NCBI GenBank assembly: GCA_044892505.1
Contig: CM097882.1
Coordinates: forward strand, 584,722,001 to 584,786,000
Reading direction: 5' to 3'
DNA length: 64,000 nt
Source of the DNA: Schmidtea nova
Lineage: Eukaryota
Both the position numbers and the translations under genes were made by a program. The notes under the pieces were generated by a model, which saw nothing but the letters and a program-made list of their open reading frames with translations, was not told where the DNA came from and did no database searches. Within the stretch, counting starts at the first letter, position 1, and each line of letters opens with the position of its first letter. Shown here one piece after another: positions 20,206 to 33,289 of the stretch.

Positions 20206-21944
20206 CTTTTTTTATTTATATTTATATTGAAAAAGATAAATAAATAAATAGTTTAGTGAAAATTCGTCTCTTATTATTCATTCAAAAAAAAATAAACAAA
20301 TAATCTTGTACAAATTCGTCTCATATTACTCATTCAGGCATCCCTCCAGTTTGAAAAACTCCTTTTATTATATCACTAAAGATAAGTAGTTATTATTGTT
20401 ATCATGGAATATCAAATAGTCAAAAAAAAATAAATAAATCAGTAAATAAATCAGTAAAATTATTATCATGACCTTGTAGAAGACATTATCAATATTATAT
20501 TCTACCTATGAAATAAAATAACAAAATTAAGGCAAAGCACTCTTGGCCGTCAAGGGTTGGATTCCTTGGACAACGGCTAAGACTGATGCTGTAACTTGTT
20601 ATCATATCAAAAATTTATTATATATAAAATTATTATTACTATTATTATTATTATTACTAGTATGGAAAATCCCTTATCATTCTACAAAGATACACTCATA
20701 AACCCTTGAGATGTCATGAAAACTTAAAAATAGGTATGACGAAAGAATATTGGATGTTTAGGAAACCTTGTAATTTGACAATATATTTAAACCTATTATT
20801 ATTATTAATGAATTAATTATTGGCATTATTATTAGATATTGATTATTATTGTTAAGTTATCATTTTCCAATTTCGGTAGTAGTTCCAAAAAAAAAGAATA
20901 TATTGAAACGTGGATTCGGAAACGCTAAATAATTAAGTGAGACTCAACATGATGAATTATAATAAAATAGTTTGCAAATCAGATCCGAGAGACGCGAATA
21001 ACGAATGTTAGAAATGGATATTTAATTTTTTTAAATAAAATAGATACAATAGGTGTATATGTAAGAGAAAACGATATTCAAATCGTGTTTTGAAATTTTC
21101 AATTGACAATTATCCAGTACTATGCACAACAGTTTTCTGCAGGAAATGTAAAGAAAAACTTCATGTATTTCACAAACAAAAAATTAAATTCCAAAAATAT
21201 ATATTTTAGTAAATATAGTAAAAATATCCACTAACAGATTTGATTGAAAGATTCAGCACTGCATTTCATAGTTAACTTGTCAACGCCATGAAAATGTAAC
21301 ATATCTCGATTAAAATCGATATATTCATGCCTATTACACCGCTTTGCCAAATCCAAGATACCCACTACCTGTTCATTGACTATTTGTAGATTTTTTTGCA
21401 AATTTATTAGATTTGATTAATGATCAAACAATGCTAGAGTCTAATTGATCGATACTAGATTTATTAGCAATACAAATCAATGATCCTAAAATAGTAGGCA
21501 AAGATGTTTCATTACCGAATAAGGTTGCACGCTCAATTAATGGCTTAAAGCATGCTTCTTGATCCCATGAATTTTTACAGATGCCTGTCACATCATTGCG
21601 ATAGAATTCAGAAACATGTGACCATCGACTATATAAGAAATTATACATTATCAATATGGAAACATTTTCTGTGTTCAAATTATTGATTTCTAATTTCTCA
21701 TCGCCCCATCTAGATAATTTCCATAAAATATTTATTTTCTCCTCGCCGTTTTATATAAAAAAATACCTGTATTATTCTCAACCATTAATAATTTATGTCA
21801 AACTTTGAATTTTCCAATAACCACAATAAATCATTTTCATCATTATGAATCCATCTGCAGTTAAATCCTCTTGATTTCCAAGGTAGGTAAAAATCAAAAC
21901 TTTTAAAAAAATAAGATAAAATCAAAAAACGAAATTACATGAGA

Positions 21945-22235
21945 ATTCCCTTTAAATGGGAAAATTTCCGCCATTAATTAAAGGCATTAAACTGCCAATT
22001 GAGAAATTAAATTTGAGGCATCAAAATACCAACGAAAGAAAATAAATTAATTAAATGGCATAAGCATTTAATGGCCTCATAATTCAAAAAAAGAGGGAAA
22101 TTTCCTCCATTAATTAAAGGCAGTTAACTGCCAATTGAGAAAGAGGCATTAAGCTGCCAATTGAGAAAATAAATAGGCACTTAATGGTCTAATAAATAAA
22201 TTAAATGAAAACAAAGGCATTAAAATGCCAAATCA
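21945..22235. repeat. Cluster of degenerate repeats (AAAGGCATTAAACTGCCAATTGAGAAA), probably subterminal region of a DNA element
   Basis: At least three ACTGCCAATTGAGAAA-like copies and two GGAAATTTCC.CCATTAATTAAAGGCA copies. Confidence 0.6.
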
Positions 22236-22385
22236 AATAAAGGAATATTTTAATTGAAAACATATTGTAATTTCAAAATTTTTTTAATTAGAAAAACATT
22301 AATTAAAAAAAATTTATCGAAAATTATATTATTATTATCATGTTGTTGTTAGTATTAATATTATTATAGTATAATAATCAGATTA

Positions 22386-22700
22386 NNNNNNNNNNNNNNN
22401 NNNNNNNNNNNNNNNNNNNNNNNNNNNNNNNNNNNNNNNNNNNNNNNNNNNNNNNNNNNNNNNNNNNNNNNNNNNNNNNNNNNNNNNNNNNNNNNNNNNN
22501 NNNNNNNNNNNNNNNNNNNNNNNNNNNNNNNNNNNNNNNNNNNNNNNNNNNNNNNNNNNNNNNNNNNNNNNNNNNNNNNNNNNNNNNNNNNNNNNNNNNN
22601 NNNNNNNNNNNNNNNNNNNNNNNNNNNNNNNNNNNNNNNNNNNNNNNNNNNNNNNNNNNNNNNNNNNNNNNNNNNNNNNNNNNNNNNNNNNNNNNNNNNN
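22386..22700. other. Assembly gap (N run)
   Basis: Run of N. Confidence 0.99.
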
Positions 22701-23017
22701 AACAAATATATAATAATAATAAATTAAATAAACATAAATTAAAGTAGAATAATACTATGAAAAGAGAATTAAATATAATAAATTAGAAATAATAGGAAAG
22801 AAATAAATAGTGTAATAAAAGTGATAAAAAATATAAATGCAATGTATAAAATATGACGGGAAATGAAATTTAAAGGTAGAAATAGAATAATATGTGCTTA
22901 TTAACCGAAATAAATAGTTAAATAAGAAATTAAATAAGAAAATTTCAAGTTAATTAAAACAAAAAATTAAATTGATTTATTTATAAATAAATTGGTTTTA
23001 CGACCATCAGCTTGACG

Positions 23018-23055
23018 CTGATTGGTTGGTGTGCTGATCTGATCAGTATAAATAC
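23018..23055 (+). promoter_or_regulatory. Putative Pol II promoter: inverted CCAAT box, 21 nt, TATA box
   Basis: CTGATTGG (23018-23025) and GTATAAATAC (23046-23055). Confidence 0.55.
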
Positions 23056-24508
23056 TGAACCAGAATCTGATAATTTTAATGATTTTTGAGACTGAGTTTT
23101 AAACTTAGACTTTGTGAACGATTTTTCTGAAACAATTTTTGCACTTCGAAATTTGCTATTTAATTGAAGGTATGAATATTTTTGGTGTTTTAATTGAAAT
23201 TATTCGGTTTAATTTTATGTTACATGATTTTTGTCATATGTCTTCAATATATGATTCAATAATTTTTATCGTTGATATTTCATAAATAAATTTTATATTA
23301 ATAATGTATGAAAGTGTGCTCCTTCCACTGTGTAATCGGTGGAAGGAGGCAACCCTCTCAGGGGTAGCATAGCTGCCACGTGGAGGGTTAGGCCATCTTC
23401 GTAGTACTAGGTGCCATGAAGAAGGTAGGAATTTGATATTAACTATTCATGTCATTATTACTGGCCAGTATAGCCAGATTGCTGTTATTTTTACATTAGC
23501 AAATACTTTTATCTAGTATAATTGATCAAGCAATAAATGAACTTTATTATTTGTTTTTGAAGTTAACATAAATGACTTATTCTAAACGACACCGAGGTTT
23601 TCTTTTGAGATTGCCATCAGGGATTTGGTGCATGTGGCTGCTGATATTTCCTGAAAGTGAAGGATTATATTCTGTCGAATACTTCCAAGGACAATATCGT
23701 CCTGATGACTTAAAACTGCTAGCAGATAAAAGGGTAACTACCAACCACAAATGACAGAATGTTCATTATATTATTATCAACTGATAGTGGCAGAATAATG
23801 ATTGGGTGTCCATGTCGAATAAATCGAGGTAGGTGCTCACGATTAGAATGGAGCAGATTTTAAACCCAATCTTTGTAAGATACATCGTAGGAATCGGAAA
23901 GGCGTACGCCTATCGTAGATTGAGCATATTTCATCCCACAAAGACAGATGGTCGTCGTCAGGTCGAATGGAGGCACGGAAAATGTACCATAACACACAGA
24001 TTATAAATTACACACAAAATTCTAATCTTTAATAAATCAATACTAGCTGTAAATTCACCACATTAATGATGCACGATGATGAGTTAGGTAGGTGTTCAGA
24101 TGACAAACTGCCTACTACATTTGACATAGCGATCTAACTGTCAACCGTAGACCGATCAAAAACATTTATCTAAATTTAATAGACTGATCCCTGTATATAG
24201 GGCAGTAGTATTTTTAAAATTTGAAATTAAATTATTATCCTGATTGCTGTAGATAACACAGGCATAAATGAATATTCTAAATAAATTAATCTGATCGCTG
24301 TACATAGCGACAGTGTTTGAAATGTATAGTATATTTGCTTCATTTTCAAGTCTCAAAAGCCTAAATATATAAACATGAATGGAATCGTCATTTAAACAAT
24401 GACATGAGGTCTGTCGGAGTTACTAAATGTATTGTCAAATCCGATTAATTAATCGATCATTAAATACGAAACTGAAAATAAATCATAATAATCACAATTG
24501 GTTTTCAG

Positions 24509-25106
24509 AATAGTGTCAACAAATCTCGCAACTTCAACTGAATTGGATAAGGTTTGGTGAATCATTCGCAGCCTAGAAAAGGAACTCCAACTAACCAAGG
24601 AAAAACTAAAGAGTTCAGAAACAACCAATTCACACCTTCGCAAGAGCTGGTTCAATCCAGAACAAATGAAACAACAGATGATAAAAAGTCAACGCGCCCT
24701 ACGAGCAGGCGAGGAATACCGGATAGAGCTCGAGGTGACGAAAATCGAACTGCGAAAATGTTTGAAATCGGTGACAACCTCATTCATCGAAGACGAGCTG
24801 AAGGAGTTAATTCGACCAATCACATTCCAACGTTGGGCGTCAGAGAATTCAGGACGTTCAGTAGGAACAAATACTGAGGGGTCATCGCAAATCCCCAACG
24901 TCATCACCACAATGGCACCGGTTGAAACAATCTCATCCGCAATGGAAATCAAAAAGAAGAAGAAAAATAAAATGGGATCAAGACAGAGAAGATGGAAGAA
25001 GCAATTTTCACAACAAATAATCCATCACAATTATGAACTACCAGAAATCGATCTGATGACAGATTTCATGGCATTTGATGAAGAATTTCTAAAATTCTCC
25101 GATTAA
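24509..25106 (+). CDS. Unknown coiled-coil protein with Lys/Arg-rich motif (cassette copy 1); upstream part has a TGA at 24558
   Basis: ORF 24666-25106; the frame extends to a ttttcag acceptor at 24508. Homologous to ORFs at 55106 and 57116. Confidence 0.55.
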
Positions 25107-25863
25107 ATTGCGGAATTTAAAATTTTATTAGTTGTACAAATATAGTTATTATTATTATTTTTTTTGTGTTGTATTAATTTTCTGTAAAGTAAAGTAGTTA
25201 ACAGAAAAATTATTATTAAATGATTGAGTTTTTAAAGTATAAATTATTCTGGTATAAAATAATTAATAAAGATTACAGATCAACATTAAGATTTAAAGTA
25301 AAATATATCATAATTTTTAAGATTAACTGTTGATATTGTAAGAAAAGGGCAGGAATAATAAAATGAAAGATCATGGATACAGATAAAGTAAAGTGAAAGT
25401 AAAGCGTAAGTCCTTCTATCGGCAGCAATGGACCCGCGAACATAAATGGGGAGTAGTTCTAGAAATAGAGCTCATCTGCCCATCATTGTTCAAACACCTA
25501 GCACATTTCCAACTCGACTATCCAGGGAAATAGTCGAGGGTGCTTGTGTGTCACGTAAGTATTTTATGTTTGGTCGTGGATGGAGGCATCCTTAGAATGT
25601 TTTGGCTAATGGAAAGCCCGAGCTAACGTAAAACCCGAGCCAATGGAGAACCCGGGCAATGAGGAGAACCCGAGGTGACAAGATAATTGCCTTGAAAATT
25701 AATGTTCCCGGCAGAAGGCAAATGATAATTAGCATCTAAATTGCCTCAAAATGTAAATTGGAATTTCGAGATTAAAAATTGAACGTTTAATGGCCTTTAA
25801 CGAGCAATTTACCATTCAAACGAAATAAAACAAATAAATCAACTTTCAAAATTTGATATAAAA

Positions 25864-26562
25864 ATGCAGACCATTCGAATCCAATCTATTCAAAGGACTA
25901 TGCACAAAATACAAAATAAAAAAGTCAGAACAACATCATACAACTCACAGTCAAATGGCAAAGTAGAAAGACTTCACAGATCCTTAAAACAAGCGATACG
26001 GACTAAAGCTAATGACAGAAACTGGTTAGAAAAACTGCCAGAAATACTAATCCGACTACGAAACATCCCATCTTCGATAAATAATAATAGCCCTAGCCAA
26101 CTAACTTTCGGACATTCAACAAACTTAATAAAAAATATCGAAAACACTGACAAAACATTCGAAGTCAAAGCACAAACAAAGCAAAACGAAACAAAAGAAT
26201 CTTTCGTAAATAGAAATGACAAACTCAAACATTCAAAAACAAATCTCATCGTCGAGTCGGTATTAATAAAAAAACCACTCACCAGCGGTTTCGAGTCAAA
26301 ATATGAAGGTCCCTACAAATTAATAAATCTGAATAAAAATGTGGACACACTACTTATTAACAGCAGGGAAATCAGAATCAACATTCGCAGGTTAAAACCC
26401 TATCAATTTAACAACCAAACAACACAAAATCAAATTAACAAAAAACCCCAACAACTTCCTAACAGAAACACAACAATCATACCAATAGAAAACAAACGAT
26501 ACAGCGACTGCCTAAAAAAACACCAACACACACAAGTAAAACATATGCACAAACAATGTTAG
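25864..26562 (+). pseudogene. Gypsy integrase C-terminal fragment
   Basis: TTSYNSQSNGKVERLHRSLKQAI..WLEKLPEIL..R..P..SPSQLTFG..YEGPYKL..INIRRLKPY. Confidence 0.88.
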
Positions 26563-26794
26563 TTGTACAGTTTCTATTTTTTGTTTAAATCGTTGTAAAA
26601 CACAAAACAAAACAAAAACATAAACAAAATAAAAAAAACAAATAAAATGGTTTTAGGTTAACTGTTATTGTAAAAATGTAAATTTTGTGTGAATTGTAAA
26701 TAATAGTTAACAATGCTTTAATAGGCTGTAAATTTTGCTCAAATGTAAATTTTATTTTTTTCTCTTGTTAACCTCCGGTTTTAAAGGGAGAAGT

Positions 26795-27720
26795 TGTGTA
26801 ATGTTCTCGATTCGTGTGGTTTATTTCCCCTTATAGTCTGTTCCCCCCCGCGCTTTTTGTTTTTGTTAAATTTTTGTTGTGTTAAATAATAATAAAATTG
26901 CAATTTAATTTAAAAATTCGAATATTGCTTTCTATAGTAAATAACTATAGGAAGCCAGAAAGAAAAAAAATCAATAGACAAATTAAAATTCAATTTAAAA
27001 ATCTACGAAAAATAAAAACTCCAGAAATAGAAAATAGAAAATTTACAGTTCTTCTTATCCTTTGTAAAAAATTGAAGATAAATCTTTGAGACAATTAAAA
27101 ACCCTCCACAGAATTGAATTAATTGAGAATACTGAATCAACTAAAGCTTCGGAACCAAAATCCTTAAAACCATAAAAAAACCCTAACAGACTTTCCCTGC
27201 ATAATCGTGAGTACGTATTGTTATCCTTTGTATATACATAATAGAAATTGGTTATACTGTTATTTTGTTATTTCGTTATATATTTTGTTGTAAACACACG
27301 CACACCTGCATCCACAAATACACAACAGATATCCCGACTGTTCCAACATAAATCGGTGACTCTCTCGGGCTCTACAAAATTTAGGATAGAATTATAGATA
27401 GAATTTTAGTGAAGGATAAACTATTATCCTTTTGAGTTGCTTGCAATTAAAATATTGAATACAAAGTAAAGAGGTATACTTTAGTATTCCCCGGGTGCCC
27501 CAAAATCTTAACCCTCTTGCTTGCCCATCTTGTTTAAGGAAAATCTTAGCGATCGTTCAGCTACATAGGAGCCAACGATTTCTTGCAGGCTGCAAACAAA
27601 CAGCAAGTATTAATAAATCCACATCTTGTGTTGTTCTTGTACACAGTTTTCGTAAATTGAATTTTGTAAATTATTAATAAAAGTATTTGAAAAACGAAGT
27701 TGTTTCTTTTGCTAGTTACA
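26795..27720 (+). repeat. Probable 3' LTR of the 25.9-kb Gypsy fragment
   Basis: PPT AAAGGGAGAAG (26783-26793), then TGTGTAA. Candidate end AGTTACA at 27720 with an AATAAA upstream. The right end is inferred, with no second copy to confirm it. Confidence 0.6.
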
Positions 27721-27811
27721 TATTAAATAAATATACGCAACCACACTAATTATATCATATTTATCATATTTTTATCTATTGGGGTCAACTTGTGTTAAGG
27801 TCAGTAACCCC

Positions 27812-28056
27812 NNNNNNNNNNNNNNNNNNNNNNNNNNNNNNNNNNNNNNNNNNNNNNNNNNNNNNNNNNNNNNNNNNNNNNNNNNNNNNNNNNNNNNNNN
27901 NNNNNNNNNNNNNNNNNNNNNNNNNNNNNNNNNNNNNNNNNNNNNNNNNNNNNNNNNNNNNNNNNNNNNNNNNNNNNNNNNNNNNNNNNNNNNNNNNNNN
28001 NNNNNNNNNNNNNNNNNNNNNNNNNNNNNNNNNNNNNNNNNNNNNNNNNNNNNNNN
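27812..28056. other. Assembly gap (N run)
   Basis: Run of N. Confidence 0.99.
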
Positions 28057-31000
28057 CATAACTATCATTATAATCAGTATTATGATTATTGTTAGTATTA
28101 GTATTGTTATTATTATTATTGTTATGGTTACAATACCTTTGATATTGTCATTGTTATTATACTATCATTAGGATTTTGCGGTTGTGGTTGTTTTGCGACA
28201 ATTAGTTATTAGTGAAGTGGTTTCTTTTGTGTATGATTTCGGTGAAAATTTCGGTGCATTTCTGGTCTAGTGCCAAATTAATGTTGATGTTTTTCTTTTG
28301 TTCTAATCATTCATTATGACGCCGGTTGATGGTCAGTCTTCCAGTTTCTAGTGGCGTTATTTCCGTCATTTTCGTTGTCTTTTTCTTTTGATTAATTTTC
28401 TATCTTTCAGCACAATTACCAGTTTCGAATTGTTTATTTGTGGACTTAATATCATTGTATTAAATACATAAAATAAATTGAAACGAATTCGAAGACGAAT
28501 CTAAAATAAAGGGTAGATGTGTCGATATTATTCTAAAACAGTGCAAGTATAACGAGAGTGCGCAGAGGATTGAAGGAAAAATCAATAAAAAGGCTGAAAA
28601 GCGTTAAATTCACAATTAATAAATAAGTACAAAAAAATAATTAAAAATTTGACAAAATAAACATAACGGGGAAATTGCTATGTACGAATGGCAAATGGGG
28701 AGACGAGTACGAATATGATAATAAAACATCAATTGGGGATCCCAAAAAAAAGATATTTAATAAATAGAAATTAATTAAAAATTAATGAATAATTTATTAG
28801 TTATGTAGAAAACCGGAGTCAGGAGAAAGCCCGAGCAAAGGGAAACCCGAGATGATATCAAATTACGAAAAGCGCGGATCAAGTAAATCGAATTATAACA
28901 AATTTTAATCAACAAAAATCAAATTACTGAAGTTCATAATCAAATTTCATCTTAAGTTAGGAAACATAATCAATTTGTTGACAAGTTAGAAAACTAGAAA
29001 AGTGGCAAAGAAACAACATCGAATTGCCAGTTTGGTTGAAGAAAATTGTCATTAGTTATAACGATTTTGTAAGTTAGAAGGAGGATATTGTAAAAGAAAC
29101 ATTAGCATATCAAAGCGTATCAGAAAGGGCAACCTACCCTTGGTAGACCTACCCCTATCGCTTAGGAAAAGTAAGTTTAGATTGTGATTTTTCAGCGTCT
29201 ATTTATACTAAATTTACTGATACCCACATATGTTGTTATTTATATAATGATATTAACGATTTAAACTTACTTATTAGTCTTAATAAGTCAGTATTTATTT
29301 ATTTTTTTTTTATTTAATTTTTATTTAATTTAATTTTTTTTTATTTATTTATTTATTTAACTTTATTATTTGATTTATTTATTTTCTAAAATATTTGTTT
29401 TTAATTCTTTTAAATGAGGTATTTATCCATTGTTTTTTATGCGTTGATTGATTGATTAAAACAATCAAATTTATTTTCAAATCTATTTTCATTCCTATCT
29501 CTGTAATTTTTACGATATTTCAATGGGGATTTTTTTCTATAATTTTTAATAAATTATTTTCTTTATTCTGATACCGATTTTATTCTTTGATCATGCTTTT
29601 CATATTCACTATACAAGCGCTAATCTTCTCCAATCAATTCTCGTGAGGTCCTTCGTGTGTAAATCCGACCTGCACTCAAATTATGTGCTTTCTTTTGAGA
29701 TGCCTCTTTTTTATATTTTCAGCCCTATCTCGATCGACTTATGAGATGCGGTTCGTATGACTACTATTTGTACTTTAGTATTTTATAATCTTTTGTGTCG
29801 TTTTACTGCCTAACGCTTTATCGTACGTTTTGAATTTATTTCCCTTTGTATATATTTAATTTTTGATAAATTTAAACAAAAATTATTTTCAATTCCGCCA
29901 ACCCAACAGAGATAATAATACAATATATACTAAGAATAATATTTAAATCTATGTTGATATTTCGGGAGTTGTGTTGAGTATATGGTCCCTATATATTTTG
30001 AAGGCTTATTGTTCTTAAATGAGGTCCATTGTCGTTGTTCCATGATCCAATAGTACCCACTATTATCGCTGATAATGTGGTTTTGTATCTGTTCACACTT
30101 GCTGTATCGATGGCATGGTTAATATATTTCTCATTGTTCTCTTCTCTAGCATTGGCAAAATTTATTTATATGGTACTATGATGTCCACTATTTATATCTT
30201 AGTGTAGTATTAATTCCAGGAAGGGCATTTTCAATATCAACATCAAAGTTTTTATTAATAAAAAAATTATTTACCTTTTCGAGAATTTGGGTATGTTTTA
30301 ATTCTAGTATTAGTTTATAGTATTCTTATGTTTATTTATTTATTCATAAAATTCATGGTGTTTCAGGGTCATCGAAGGCTCTCTGGGTCGTTGGCCTTCG
30401 GTGGCTTGAGTCGTTAGTACCGCAACAGGTGTGGCGGATGACTTAAGCTATCGATAAATTTTAAATTGATGTATATATTTTTAGAACGAACTGAAGACAT
30501 TAAAGTTATGTCACGGTTAATTGTTCATTTTTGAGGAGCGAAAGAAATAATTTTTACTAAATATGAATTTTTTGTCCGATTTCGCAGCAATGATATTTTC
30601 CTTGGGTGGCCGTCAAGTTTATGATTCTCAAAAATGGTATAGTGATATTGAAACTTAGGGTAAATTAACACAATAAACTACGAAATCCCTACTAGTTAAA
30701 TAGTCCAGTAAAAATGTTCTTAGAAGTCTAAATAAAATCTAGAAAATTAACCTGAATAAAATTATAGAGTTCACTAACGAATAAAGCAATAAAAACCGTT
30801 ATCTACTCGAAATTCACTACGAGTAATTAACAATTTTTAGAATCAGACAGTAAATGAAAATCAACAATAATTAACTCCGTGTTGAGGATACCTAAATATT
30901 AAATAATATTATAAATAAATAGAATAACTTGGGGGAAACCGATAGGGTGATTGAGATAGCATTCTGGAACTTGGAGAAGAAAACAGAACGCTTCCCCTTG

Positions 31001-32675
31001 TGCTTAACTAATGCTACTAACTATACGAAGCTAACGAGACTTTTCTCTTGGATAGCTAGAAAAGATTATTAAATCGTTATTCCCGGATGCTACCACACTT
31101 TGTGAGTCGAATTAGTATAATCAAATTAGTATCTCTAAAAAATTTACCCTTAATAAAGTAATAAAAGAAACATAAAAATACAAGCTAAAACTACTACTAA
31201 TATGCTATTAATTTACATCAATCGATAAAAATAACACAAAAATTTAATGTCATCCGAGGAGTTAGATTTCTGTGAGGAAATCCTGGGTCTCATCAAACGA
31301 CTGTGGTCGAATTCCATCGATTGAGTAACTCTTGGGTGTTTAATAGGACACAACTTGGTTTAATAGGCGAATATTTCGAGAATCCGAATTTTGGAGCCCA
31401 TGCAGATTTCTGCCGCCTTGTCTTATTGAACCGGAAAAGAAGGTTATTGAATTGTATTCTCTCACTGTTGCGGACATAACGAGTAGAGTCCAAGATAATC
31501 ATTCAGAGGGCGTTTAATTGGGAAACTGGAAACTCCCGAAAAATGATCAACCATCGCGGCAACTGATCCTGATCCCGGAAAGGGATAAACCAGTTCGGAG
31601 TGGCTTCCGGATTATTGATGATTGAGTAGGATCCTTCCAACCACATATCCTCCGCCTGTGGTGATTTGCTTGCACAATCACACCAATGATTAAATTATGG
31701 TGGTGTAGTACTCGTCGGAGATGTGACAAATTAAAATCCTCGACCGGTGTGTCAAATTGGCGATTGACCCGGTCGACTATGACACAACTAAAATATCGAC
31801 AATTTGGATCGGTCGAATTTCTCTTTATAAATGGTAGAAATTTATTTACCTTATTAACTGTTAGTTATGTTCGCCGTATCATCCATGGATTTATCAATCT
31901 AAACCCTTTCTCGTCTCGATAAGAATTAATAAAAAATTCTCACTATGTTCGGATCGGACACAATTATTATGACTATGCTATATTATTACTGCTCGAACTG
32001 CTCTATGAAATCGACTGTCATATTTGTCGCATATTCTACAAAATATATCAATTGCTACATGTTGTCATTAGATTGTCCTACGTGCTATCAACGAATTCAA
32101 AAATCATTATAATTATTACGTGTTGTATGTGGAATTTCTCAAAAATATAAATTTGCCCTTATTCAATGTCTTCAATCCCAAAAATAATTATCAAAAATTT
32201 TCTATTGAGTAAATATCATTATTTCATGACCTGTGTGGAATAATGCAATCCTACTGTTGTTTTCATTTTTCAATTGAATTCCTCAATAATTCATTTAACG
32301 ATCTACCAAATGTTGCATGTGGGATTTATAAAAACTCAAAATTTTAATCATTACAATTGAATGCCCTACGTGCAAAAATCCCTACCTTTATTTGGTGCCA
32401 AGTCGCCACATCTACCCAACCCAAGAAGGAGTCACGGTCGAGAGGCTTTCCGCCCCGTGATCAAGAAACCACCGGGCCGCACATTAATAAATATAGGGAA
32501 AATGAGGGGTTACCCGACAATAATAAATGAGATGATTAAAACCAAATCTATGAATACATTTTATTGATCCGAATATGAATTGTACAATGTTTCAACAAAG
32601 ATATAAACGATTTTCAATATCGCAAAATTATAACAAGTAACAATGTTAAAAAATGTACAAGGTACAAGATAAATC

Positions 32676-32730
32676 AACTGATTTCAACGCTGGTATTTAT
32701 ACTAGTTTGGGATTCCAACCAGCCAATCAG
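32676..32730 (-). promoter_or_regulatory. Putative Pol II promoter (CCAAT-N21-TATA, Inr-like TCAGTT)
   Basis: Minus strand reads CTGATTGG-N20-GTATAAATAC, then TCAGTT at 32681-32676. Confidence 0.55.
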
Positions 32731-33289
32731 ATGGCTTCTTTTTTCAGGTAATCGATTGTGTTTGTTTATTTGAATTTTTGTTTACAAATTTAATTCCATC
32801 CATTTCAGATTTTTGAAATTCCTTTCTCCATTTGGTAAATTGATTATTTCATAAATATTTATTTTATTTCTTCTTTAGGCCGATATTAATTGGAATTCTT
32901 GGATGGTTTGTTTAATTTATATTGTAAATATTTAATTCGCTTAATTTCAACTATTCTTTCCCTCAATCCGATATCCAGGTAATAATTATTTAATTTGCAT
33001 TTTTATTTTAATGCATTTTGTGTAATTTAATTATATTTTATTTTTCGTTATTCCCAACTCTCTCAGTGTTACTCGGTTATTTTGGGTAATTTACTATTAA
33101 TATATTTTATTCACCTTTGCTTTTATTAATTTTGTTTTATTTCCCAGATCCTCCTCTGATTATTGGGGTTATTTATTTTTATTTGTTGTTTATATACTTA
33201 TTATTTTTGATTTATTCATCTTTTAGGCCTTATTTGGCTGGCCCAAAATTATTATTATTTTTTTATTATTGGTTTTGGCTGCTCGCCGA

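Noticed and set aside
25412-25456. Shared 3' motif as a conserved short peptide
   Set aside because: Copy 2 differs by a non-triplet length, and the frames hit stops within a few codons.
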